Source: Phenylobacterium sp. (GTDB lineage Bacteria > Pseudomonadota > Alphaproteobacteria > Caulobacterales > Caulobacteraceae). Taken from it: DNA of 64,000 nt. Positions 50,096-58,266 of this stretch are shown here, piece by piece. The stretch's first letter is position 1, and each line of letters opens with the position of its first letter. Both the position numbers and the translations under genes were made by a program. The DNA lies in contig PLEH01000283.1 in NCBI GenBank assembly GCA_003136395.1, positions 5,208 through 69,207 on the forward strand, written 5' to 3'. Under the pieces are notes generated by a model. It was not told where the DNA came from, did no database searches, and was given only the letters and a program-made list of their open reading frames with translations.

Positions 50096-50425
50096 TTAGC
50101 CGGTAACCGTGGGCAGGCCGGCGGCCTTCCAGGCCGCGAGCCCGCCCGCGAGATGCGTTTCGACGGCCTGGTTTGCCTTGCGGCAATGGTCCACCGCCAT
50201 CGCCGAGCGCTTGCCGCCGGCGCACTGCAGGACAACGGTCTTGCCGCCGGCGTCGGGCAGGGCGGCCGGGTTGAAGGTCGAGAGCGGGACGTTCAGCGCG
50301 CCGTCGATCTTCTCGGCGGCGAACTCGTCCGGTTCGCGCACGTCGATCAACAGGATCTGATGGGCGTCGAGGGCGGCCTTCACCTGCTGCGGGGTGGGGT
50401 CCTTGGTCTTGGGGGCGCCGAACAT
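50096..50425 (-). CDS. Single-domain rhodanese
   Basis: LIDVREPDEF..KIDGA, QCAGGKRS, LAGGLAAW. Confidence 0.9.
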   Translation of the reverse strand: MFGAPKTKDPTPQQVKAALDAHQILLIDVREPDEFAAEKIDGALNVPLSTFNPAALPDAGGKTVVLQCAGGKRSAMAVDHCRKANQAVETHLAGGLAAWKAAGLPTVTG

Positions 50426-50453
50426 GCGGAGGACTCCTTGAGGGGGCGCGCGG

Positions 50454-50759
50454 TCAGGGGACCGCGCAGAACAGGCGGGACAGGGTCTCGACAACGGCGC
50501 GAGCCTGGCCGCCTTGCAGGCCGTAGTAGATGGTTTGGCCGTCGCGGCGGGCGGCGACCACGCCGTCCCGGCGCAGCAGACCCAGGTGCTGGGACGCCAG
50601 GCTTTCGCGCACGCCCAGCATCTCGGCGAGCGCGCCCACCGACTGCTCGCCGTCGAGCAGCGCGCAGACGATCATCAGCCGATGCGGGTTCGCCAGCGAC
50701 TTCAGCAAAGCGCAGGCGTCGTCGGCCGAGGCCTTCAGGGCGTGGGCTTGTAAATTCAT
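50454..50759 (-). CDS. BigR/SqrR-type persulfide-sensing ArsR repressor
   Basis: KSLANPHRLMIVCAL and C-terminal LFC (two-Cys signature); SQHL, RRDGQTIYY. Confidence 0.85.
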   Translation of the reverse strand: MNLQAHALKASADDACALLKSLANPHRLMIVCALLDGEQSVGALAEMLGVRESLASQHLGLLRRDGVVAARRDGQTIYYGLQGGQARAVVETLSRLFCAVP

Positions 50760-50766
50760 AGTTGCG

Positions 50767-50788
50767 TATATGCAGCTATTCACATATA
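50767..50788. promoter_or_regulatory. Palindromic operator copy 3 (repressor-rhodanese-RND / sqr operon)
   Basis: TATATGC-agctattc-ACATATA, 8 nt upstream of the repressor ATG. Confidence 0.7.
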
Positions 50789-50837
50789 TAGTCAAGCGAT
50801 CGAGACGATCACCCTAGGGACCAGGTCGGGACCCGCC

Positions 50838-50851
50838 GTGATCGATATCAA
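50838..50851 (+). promoter_or_regulatory. Candidate FNR/FixK box upstream of sqr
   Basis: GTGAT-CGAT-ATCAA versus TTGAT-N4-ATCAA, one mismatch. Confidence 0.45.
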
Positions 50852-50918
50852 AGTCAGCCTGTTGGAATTGGCGGAACGTCCCGTCGCAAACCGCAGGTGT
50901 CCGGAGGAGACAAACCAC

Positions 50919-52199
50919 ATGGCCAAGCCGCGCATAGTCATCCTGGGCGCCGGACTGGGCGGCGCGATCGCCGCCTTCGAGGTCAAGGACGCCGTCGGCG
51001 ACAAGGCCGAGGTCAGCGTCGTCTCCCAGGGCGACACCTTCCACTTCGTCCCGTCCAACCCGTGGGTCGCCGTCCATTGGCGCAAGCGCGAGGCCATCGA
51101 GGTCAAGCTGCCGCCGGTCTTCAAGAAGCGCGGCGTCGGCTTCTCGCCTGCCGGCGCCAAGCGGGTGCTTCCGGGCGAAAATCGCCTCGAACTCAATGAC
51201 GGGACGACGCTCGACTACGACTATCTGGTCATCGCCACCGGTCCGGACCTGGCCTTCGACGAGGTCCCCGGGCTTGGACCGCACGGCGGCTTCACCCAGT
51301 CGGTCTGCCATGTCGATCACGCCGAGATGGCCGCCGCAGCCTTCGACCGCTTTGTCGAAAACCCCGGCCCGATCGTGGTCGGGGCCGTGCAAGGCGCCTC
51401 CTGCTTCGGCCCGGCCTACGAATTCGCCATGCTGCTGGATACCGAGCTGAAGCGCCGCAAAATCCGCGACAAGGTGCCGATGACCTTCGTCACCTCCGAA
51501 CCCTACATCGGCCACCTGGGCCTGGACGGGGTCGGCGACACCAAGGGGCTGCTCGAGAGCGAGATGCGCGAGCGGCACATCAAGTGGGTCACCAACGCCA
51601 AGGTCGCCTCGGTCGAGGCCGGCATGATGCATGTCGAGGAAATCGCCGACGACGGTTCGGTGAAGGCCACCCATGACCTGCCGTTCGCCTTTTCGATGAT
51701 GCTGCCGGCCTTCCGGGGCGTCGCCGCCATGCGCGGGATCGAAGGCCTGACCAATCCGCGCGGCTTCATCGTCGTCGACAAGCACCAGCGCAATCCGACC
51801 TTTCCGAACGTCTTCGCACTTGGCGTCTGCGTGGCCATCGCGCCGACCGGCAAGACCCCGGTGCCCGTCGGCGTGCCCAAGACCGGCTTCATGATCGAGA
51901 GCATGGTCACCGCCATCGCCAAGAACCTGGGCCAGATCATCGGGGGTCAGCCGACCACCAACGAGGCGACCTGGAACGCCTTCTGCCTGGCGGACTTCGG
52001 GGACGGCGGCGTGGCCTTTGTCGCCCAGCCGCAGATCCCGCCGCGCAACGTCAACTGGTCGGCCGAGGGCAAGTGGGTCCATCTCGCCAAGGTCGCCTTC
52101 GAGAAATACTTCCTCGGCAAGATCAAGCGCGGCGAGAGCGAGCCCTTCTACGAAAAGCTGGTCCTGGACGTCATGGGCCTGCGCAAGATCAAGGGCTGA
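50919..52199 (+). CDS. sqr: Sulfide:quinone oxidoreductase, type I
   Basis: FVPSNPWVAV, QSVCH, GASCFGPAYEF, GVPKTGFMIE, CLADFGD, PQIPPRN; GGAGG RBS. Confidence 0.93.
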   Translation: MAKPRIVILGAGLGGAIAAFEVKDAVGDKAEVSVVSQGDTFHFVPSNPWVAVHWRKREAIEVKLPPVFKKRGVGFSPAGAKRVLPGENRLELNDGTTLDYDYLVIATGPDLAFDEVPGLGPHGGFTQSVCHVDHAEMAAAAFDRFVENPGPIVVGAVQGASCFGPAYEFAMLLDTELKRRKIRDKVPMTFVTSEPYIGHLGLDGVGDTKGLLESEMRERHIKWVTNAKVASVEAGMMHVEEIADDGSVKATHDLPFAFSMMLPAFRGVAAMRGIEGLTNPRGFIVVDKHQRNPTFPNVFALGVCVAIAPTGKTPVPVGVPKTGFMIESMVTAIAKNLGQIIGGQPTTNEATWNAFCLADFGDGGVAFVAQPQIPPRNVNWSAEGKWVHLAKVAFEKYFLGKIKRGESEPFYEKLVLDVMGLRKIKG

Positions 52200-52202
52200 C
52201 CC

Positions 52203-52664
52203 ATGCGCCAGTTCGTCTGCTCGGCCTGTGGCGCGGCCAATCGCGCGCCGGACGGCAAGGATCCCCTGGCGGCCAAGTGCGGTCGCTGCGGTGTGGCCTT
52301 GTTCACCGCCCATCCAACCGAGGTGGACGCCAAGGCCCTCAGCGCCCACCGCGCCTCCACCAAGGGCGCGGCGGTGCTGGTTGATGTCTGGGCGCCTTGG
52401 TGTGGCCCCTGCCGGGCGATGGCCCCGAACTACGCCGCCGCCGCCAAGAAGCTGGAGCCAGACGTCCGCCTCCTGAAGCTCAACTCGGAAGCCGAACCGC
52501 GGGCGTCCGCCGAGCTGGGCGTCTCCGGCATCCCGACGCTGCTGCTCTTCAAGGACGGCCAGGCCATCGCCCGTACGTCCGGACTGATGAGCGCCGATCA
52601 GATCGTCGCCTGGACGCGCCAGGCCTTGGCTCAGGCACAAGCACGAGCCCCCACAGGACGTTGA
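52203..52664 (+). CDS. trxC: Thioredoxin with N-terminal zinc finger (TrxC-like)
   Basis: CSACG..CGRC plus WAPWCGPC. Confidence 0.88.
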   Translation: MRQFVCSACGAANRAPDGKDPLAAKCGRCGVALFTAHPTEVDAKALSAHRASTKGAAVLVDVWAPWCGPCRAMAPNYAAAAKKLEPDVRLLKLNSEAEPRASAELGVSGIPTLLLFKDGQAIARTSGLMSADQIVAWTRQALAQAQARAPTGR

Positions 52665-52666
52665 AC

Positions 52667-52870
52667 ATGACTGTCGACCGTATGGTTTTCGCATTCGCCG
52701 GCCTGGTCATCCTTGCCGGCGTCGCGCTCGCGCACTTCGTCAATCCCTGGTGGATTCTCCTTTCCGCTTTCGCGGGCCTCAACATGTTCCAGTCGGCGTT
52801 CACCGGCTTCTGCCCCGCGGCGATGGTCTTCAAGAAGCTGGGGTTCAAACCCGGCCCCGCCTTCCGTTGA
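52667..52870 (+). CDS. DUF2892 / YgaP-like membrane protein
   Basis: GLNMFQSAFTGFCPA. Confidence 0.87.
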   Translation: MTVDRMVFAFAGLVILAGVALAHFVNPWWILLSAFAGLNMFQSAFTGFCPAAMVFKKLGFKPGPAFR

Positions 52871-52875
52871 TCCCG

Positions 52876-54132
52876 ATGCGCGCGCTCCTGGTCCTGGGGT
52901 TTGCGGCGGGCTTGGCCGCGCCGCAGAGCGCATTCGCCCTGTCGCTACAGGACGCGATCACGCTCGCCCAGCGCGCCAATCCCGCGGTCGCCCAATCCAA
53001 GGCGCAGACGGACGCGGCCGATGCGCGGTTGGCTGAGGCCCGGGCGGGACGCCTGCCCTCCCTCACGCTCTCCGGCGAAGCCGGGCAGGGGACCACGGAC
53101 TTGGGCGGGTTCTTCGGCTTCGGCCGCGCCGACGTGTCGCCGCGCGGCGCGGCCCTCGAACTGCGCCAGCCCTTGTTCACGGGTGGCGCGGTGAGCGCCG
53201 CGATCGAACGCTCCCGGCAGGGGCGTGACGCCGCCCTGGCCCAGGCCGGGGGCGCCAAGGCGCTGCTCGCGACCCAGGCGGCGGAGGCCTATGTCGCGGT
53301 CCTCGCGGCGCGGGAAATCCTGGCGCTAAACGTGGCGCAGGTCCGCCAGATGGGCGAGATCGCCGGGCAGGCGGAGTTGCGGTTCAAGGGCGGCGAGACC
53401 CCGCGCACCGACCTTGCCCAGGCGCAGGCCAGGCTGGCCGAAGCGCAGGCCGGCCTTGCGCGGGCCAGCGGCGACGTCGCCCGCACTCGCGCGCATTTCA
53501 TCTCCGTCGTGGGGGAGGAGCCGGAGAACCTGGAACCGCTGCCCGCGCCGCCCCCCATTCCGCCGTCGTTGGACGAGGCCATGGCCATGGCGTTGCAGAG
53601 CAGTCCGGCCCTTGTCGCCGCCCAGGCCCAGGCGCGCGCCGCCGACGCCGGGGTGCGCTACGCCCAGGCCGAGCGGTTTCCGAGCCTCGCCCTCACCGCC
53701 ACGGCCAGCAGCGCGCGCGACCAGTTCTTTCCGGGCTACCGGGCGGACGGTGTCACCGTTGGCGTGCAAGGGCGCTGGACGCTGTTTGCAGGCGGCTTGA
53801 TCAATGGCCGGGTCGACGAGGCCCGGGCCGGCGCGCGCGGCGCGCAATCGGCGGCGGATAGCGCGCGCGCCCAAGTCCGCGAGGCGGTCATCAGCGCCTG
53901 GGAGGATGTGCAGACGTCCCGGGCCCTGGTCGCGGCGGCCGCCGATCAGGCGAGCGCGGCGGCGAGCGCACTCGACAGTGTCCGCAACGAGGTCCGGGTC
54001 GGACAAAAGCCGACCCTCGATCTGCTCGACGCCGAACGCGAAGCGCTGGCGGCGCAATCTGCTGGGGTCGCCGCCCGAGGCGGCGCGGTCGCCGCGGCCT
54101 ATCGCCTGAACGCATTGCTCCATGCCGACTGA
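52876..54132 (+). CDS. TolC-family outer-membrane protein
   Basis: Signal peptide, LSLQDAITLA, PRTDLAQA, RVGQKPTLDLLDAE. Confidence 0.87.
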   Translation: MRALLVLGFAAGLAAPQSAFALSLQDAITLAQRANPAVAQSKAQTDAADARLAEARAGRLPSLTLSGEAGQGTTDLGGFFGFGRADVSPRGAALELRQPLFTGGAVSAAIERSRQGRDAALAQAGGAKALLATQAAEAYVAVLAAREILALNVAQVRQMGEIAGQAELRFKGGETPRTDLAQAQARLAEAQAGLARASGDVARTRAHFISVVGEEPENLEPLPAPPPIPPSLDEAMAMALQSSPALVAAQAQARAADAGVRYAQAERFPSLALTATASSARDQFFPGYRADGVTVGVQGRWTLFAGGLINGRVDEARAGARGAQSAADSARAQVREAVISAWEDVQTSRALVAAAADQASAAASALDSVRNEVRVGQKPTLDLLDAEREALAAQSAGVAARGGAVAAAYRLNALLHAD

Positions 54133-54237
54133 CCCCCCGTCGGTCCGGCACGATCAACGCGGTCAGCCGATCGGCTTGCCGTCCCTGCCAATAGCCTTGG
54201 GCCTGCCGTCAGGGTTGAGGAACGGCAGCAGGTACTT

Positions 54238-54319
54238 CTAGAGCGTTCGGCGCTCAAGTTGACGCGTAGCCATCGTGGCGGAAGTAGTTGGCGCATTCCT
54301 GTGGAGTGAAGGCGTCGAG
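54238..54319 (-). mobile_element. IS630-family remnant (transposase C-terminus and right end)
   Basis: Own translation LDAFTPQECANYFRHDGYAST*; followed by GAACGCTCTAG end. Confidence 0.7.
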
Positions 54320-54334
54320 GAAGGGCGGTCGCCT

Positions 54335-54757
54335 TCAGGCGGTTGAAGCGGTGTCTTGGGCGCGTCGGCGGATCGCGCCTTCCAAGGTCGTGGCGGCAGC
54401 CACCGTGTTGGAGATCGTCCCGTATTTGCGGACGTTGCGGTGCAGGAGATCAAGGCGCGCATCGTCCTCTTCGGTGTCCACGATCAGCTCATAGTCCACG
54501 CGCAGGATGAGGGGCGGCGCGTCCTGCCGGACGGCCGAGAGACGGACCTCCACCCCGCGAAGCTCGAATTTCAGCAAGGGCGTCACCCGCTCAATGCCCT
54601 TGATCATGCAGGCGGCGATCGAGGCCAGGAAGAGTTCGGCGGGATTGAACGCATCGCGGCGGCCGGCGACGTCGGTGTCCAGGACGACCGACGCATCCTT
54701 TGTTTTCGCAAGGCTCCCATGGGCGTCGATGCGCTCGGCGGTGACATTGTATTCCAT
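54335..54757 (-). CDS. OsmC-family protein with a single Cys
   Basis: FNPAELFLASIAACM; second Cys site reads KYGTIS. Confidence 0.82.
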   Translation of the reverse strand: MEYNVTAERIDAHGSLAKTKDASVVLDTDVAGRRDAFNPAELFLASIAACMIKGIERVTPLLKFELRGVEVRLSAVRQDAPPLILRVDYELIVDTEEDDARLDLLHRNVRKYGTISNTVAAATTLEGAIRRRAQDTASTA

Positions 54758-55377
54758 CTTCAATCCCAAAGGCCTTGAGCGCGCGATGGGGCCAAAGCCG
54801 CCAGGGCTGTATTCTCGCGCCGCTCGCCTAAATTGGTGACAGGGTCCAGAGACGCCATGACTGGCAAGGTCCTTGAGAACGGCGCAGAGAGCCCGGCCAA
54901 GGAAGCCAAGGAAGCCGTTCAGGGACGCGCAGAAGTCAAACCCAAACGCTGACGTGACCCTGACAGTCACCGACGATCCCGCCCGGGTCGTCGGTGATGT
55001 CGGCCATGGGGCGAGAGCGAACAGCGAACAGTGGGCGAGGGCCGACAAGCGGACGTTTCGATCCGATGGCCGCGCAAGCGGACCTTCTGAACGTCGGCTA
55101 GGGGTGGATATTCGCACCGGAGTCGTCGACTAGCCGTTCGAGCGCTATCTGACGGACCACGCCGATGGTCGAGGCTACAAGACGTGGATCGAAATCCCAG
55201 CAGCGTACGATCCCGCGGCAATCAAAGCGGCCTGTCAGGCGCGTCGCAAGCGCTCAGTCCTGGCCGAGCTGGTGCCGAAAGAATGATTTCGGCATCGTCC
55301 TCAGCGGGGCAAACTGCGCCTGGGCCTCGTCGGCACAGAGGCATGTGAACCCCGGTCAGAAAAGGGTTGAAGGCTGC

Positions 55378-55569
55378 TCAAGGCGGGGGCTCATTTGCAA
55401 TCCGCTCGCCGGTTGCGACCAGTCGCCGGCCACACCAGAGCTTATAGGCCCTGCCATTGGCGGCCGTCTTAGCGCGTGCTTCTCCCTCTTCATCGCTTGC
55501 GGCGACGAAAGCATCGCCTCCCTCCAGGTGACCATCAGCCCCGAAGCGATCAATCCGATAGTCAAACAT
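55378..55569 (-). CDS. Small hypothetical protein
   Basis: MFDYRI..AASDEE..LWCGRRLV. Confidence 0.5.
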   Translation of the reverse strand: MFDYRIDRFGADGHLEGGDAFVAASDEEGEARAKTAANGRAYKLWCGRRLVATGERIANEPPP

Positions 55570-55847
55570 GCAACCCCAAACGTTTAGCTCCCACGGAACC
55601 GCTGCGTGCGACGCGGTTCAGGATCAACCCGAACGACGCCGCGAGGTGAACTATGCCTCATCCATTTCTGTGCCTGCCTCTTTCCGACCTGGGACAGCGG
55701 CTATTCTTCGCGTCGCCAGCCACGGCACGGTTCAGTGAATGGTCGCCTCCGGGTATCGATAGACCTCGGTCCCTGCGTCCTGCAGAATTTGATACCCACA
55801 AGGACGACCCGAGCGGAATTCGAGCGTTGCATAGGGGAGCGCGCGGC

Positions 55848-56756
55848 ATGGACGACCTCCGGCATGAGTTCTTCGCCATGGGCTCGGACTGCATCATCTG
55901 CTTGCAGGGGTGCTCGTCGTCAGCCGCCCAAGCGACCGCTCGAAGCGCCGAGGCCGAGGTTCGCCGGATCGAATTGAAATTCTCGCGCTACCGGACCGAC
56001 AGTGAGCTCTCACGGATAAACGCTGTGGCCGCAGTCGGGGGAGAAACGACTGTCGATGCCGAGACTAGAGGGTTGATCGATTTCGCCCAGGCCTGTCACC
56101 GTAGGAGTGACGGCGCTTTCGACATCACCTCGGGATTGTTGCGAGCGGCCTGGGATTTCAAGGGCGCGTCCCTACCAACCCAGTCCGTGCTTGATGGGCT
56201 GCTCCCGCGCATCGGCATGGGCAAGGTGAAGCTGTCCGACCAGGGCGTCGCTTTTGCGCACGCCGGCATGGAGCTGGACCTCGGTGGGTTGGGCAAGGAA
56301 TACGCCGCCGACCGCGCCGCCGAGATCTGTGCGGATCTCGGCGCGGAGCACGGCTTTGTCGACCTCGGCGGAGACATCCGAGTGGTCGGTCCGCAGCTGG
56401 ACGGTCAACCCTGGCGGATCGGCATTCGCGACCCGCTCGATCCGGCGTTGCTGGTGGCTGAGGTAGAACTTCACAGTGGCGCGCTGGCGACCAGCGGAGA
56501 CTATGAGCGCTTTATCGAGGTCGATGGCCGGCGGTATTGCCACATCCTGGACCCGCGGACCGGGTGGCCGCGCGCCGGACTGTCCTCGGTTACTGTGATC
56601 ACCGACCGCTGCCTAGTGGCGGGAAGCCTTGCGACCTCCGCCATGGTCATGGGAGCCGACGGCCCGGCCTGGCTTCAGAACCTGGGTGTGCGCCACATCC
56701 TGGTCGATGATCACGGCGTGCGCACAGGGACCGAGCCCCTCATCCTCAGGCCTTGA
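55848..56756 (+). CDS. apbE: FAD:protein FMN transferase (ApbE) copy 1
   Basis: AMGS, FDIT, LDLGGLGKEYAAD, ATSGDYER, HILDPRTG; no lipoprotein signal. Confidence 0.9.
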   Translation: MDDLRHEFFAMGSDCIICLQGCSSSAAQATARSAEAEVRRIELKFSRYRTDSELSRINAVAAVGGETTVDAETRGLIDFAQACHRRSDGAFDITSGLLRAAWDFKGASLPTQSVLDGLLPRIGMGKVKLSDQGVAFAHAGMELDLGGLGKEYAADRAAEICADLGAEHGFVDLGGDIRVVGPQLDGQPWRIGIRDPLDPALLVAEVELHSGALATSGDYERFIEVDGRRYCHILDPRTGWPRAGLSSVTVITDRCLVAGSLATSAMVMGADGPAWLQNLGVRHILVDDHGVRTGTEPLILRP

Positions 56757-57153
56757 TATCGATCGTCGGCCCAAACGGGGGGCCAAGGGCATTGAGCGCC
56801 TGGGTGCTCGCATCGACGCTGCCTGCTGGCGCCGCCGGAGCGGCGGGGTCGGCGCGAAGCGAGGCCATCAGGCCGGTCATCACCGACACGAAGTCGGATT
56901 TCGAGACCGTCCCGGATCCCGTAGGATCGAGCTGAGAGAAGAGCGCATCGACGCCCTGGTTCTGGAAGACCGCGGGCGGGTTCTTGGTCGCGAAGGCGTT
57001 GGCGAACTGGGACTTGTCGATGCTTCCGGTTCCGGCAGCGTCCATCGAATCAAATAGGTTCGACATCTTCTGCTGGGGCGGCGCGCCATAGCTGGCGCCG
57101 GACACGGCGTGCGGCATGCTGGAGCCGCCGAGGCTCGAAATGTCCATGCTCAT
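56746..57153 (-). CDS. EF-hand domain protein
   Basis: DAAGTGSIDKSQF and DPTGSGTVSKSDF loops. Confidence 0.78.
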   Translation of the reverse strand: MSMDISSLGGSSMPHAVSGASYGAPPQQKMSNLFDSMDAAGTGSIDKSQFANAFATKNPPAVFQNQGVDALFSQLDPTGSGTVSKSDFVSVMTGLMASLRADPAAPAAPAGSVDASTQALNALGPPFGPTIDIKA

Positions 57154-57321
57154 CGGGGTCTTCCCTTTCGGAGATTGATGAGGGATCCGAATCCGATCCC
57201 GAATAAGTCATTCAAAGTAAATCAATGACTAAGTTTTGGGTGATTCATGAGAATTCAAACCGACACAATTCTGAATTGAAGCCGGAATGCTTGGACCGGC
57301 TCCGCATCGGAGTCACGGATA

Positions 57322-58266
57322 CTATCGCTGCCACCACGCCACGACGCCTTCTGCTTCAAGGAAAGCTTCCGCGTCCGCGCCATGCAGCATGGCCAGTGTT
57401 GAGATCAGACCGGCCTCCATGCAGGTTGGCGCAGCCACAGTGACCGAGCGCGGCGGATCGCGAACAGGCCAGCCCGTCCTGGGATCGAGAATGTGCCCGA
57501 AGCGGACGCCGTCACGGAGCAGATAACGCCGGGCGTCGCCGCTGGTGGTCAGTGCGCCGCTGGCGAGATCCAGCATGGCCTCGGCGGTGTTTGCGGTCTC
57601 GACGGACTCAATCGCGACGCGCCAGCGTGCGCCGTTCGCCCTGGGCCCAGACACCCGCAGGTCGCCGCCAAAATTCACCAGGAACGGTGCGGGGCTGGCT
57701 GCCTGGAGTTTCAGCACCGTCGTGTCGACGGCGTATTCTTTTCCCAGGCCCCCGAAGTCGATTTCCATCCCTGACGGCAGGGTGATCTCTGGGCGGTGCC
57801 AAGTGACGCGGTCCCAGCCGACGAACGGCAGAACGGCGGCGACCTCGGTCTCGGCCGGCACGTGATCCGACTGGTCGAAGCGCCAAACGCGCCGCAGGAC
57901 GCCTGACGTAATGTCGAAGCGGCCTTCGCTTAGCGCATGGAACTGCGCCGCGCAGTCCAGTAGCTCGGCCGTTTCCGAGTCCACCGTGACCGGCTGGCCG
58001 TTGGAGGCGTTGATCCTGGAGAGCAGGCTGTCGGCGCGATAGCGGCTATACTTGTATTCAATGCGAAGCGCCTCGGCCTGCGCCATCCCGCCGAGGCGCG
58101 CGGCCAGTGCGCGATCCGTCGTGTCGATGCGCACCTCGCAAGGCGAGCCCATGGCGCGAAAGGCCAGGACAAAGCCCCCGTCCATGGGCTGCAGCCCATC
58201 GGGCGGCGGAGCAGGGAGAGGACGCTGCGCGGAGGCGGACATGATCAGTAGAAGGCCATGGTCCAA
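57322..58266 (-). CDS. apbE: FAD:protein FMN transferase (ApbE) copy 2
   Basis: AMGSPC, FDITSG, IDFGGLGKEYAVD, TTSGDARR, HILDPRTG; no lipoprotein signal. Confidence 0.9.
   Translation of the reverse strand: MDHGLLLIMSASAQRPLPAPPPDGLQPMDGGFVLAFRAMGSPCEVRIDTTDRALAARLGGMAQAEALRIEYKYSRYRADSLLSRINASNGQPVTVDSETAELLDCAAQFHALSEGRFDITSGVLRRVWRFDQSDHVPAETEVAAVLPFVGWDRVTWHRPEITLPSGMEIDFGGLGKEYAVDTTVLKLQAASPAPFLVNFGGDLRVSGPRANGARWRVAIESVETANTAEAMLDLASGALTTSGDARRYLLRDGVRFGHILDPRTGWPVRDPPRSVTVAAPTCMEAGLISTLAMLHGADAEAFLEAEGVVAWWQR

Noticed and set aside
55653-55847. 65-aa N-terminal extension of ApbE copy 1
   Set aside because: Not signal-like; the ApbE fold begins at the 55848 ATG, which has its own GGGGAG RBS
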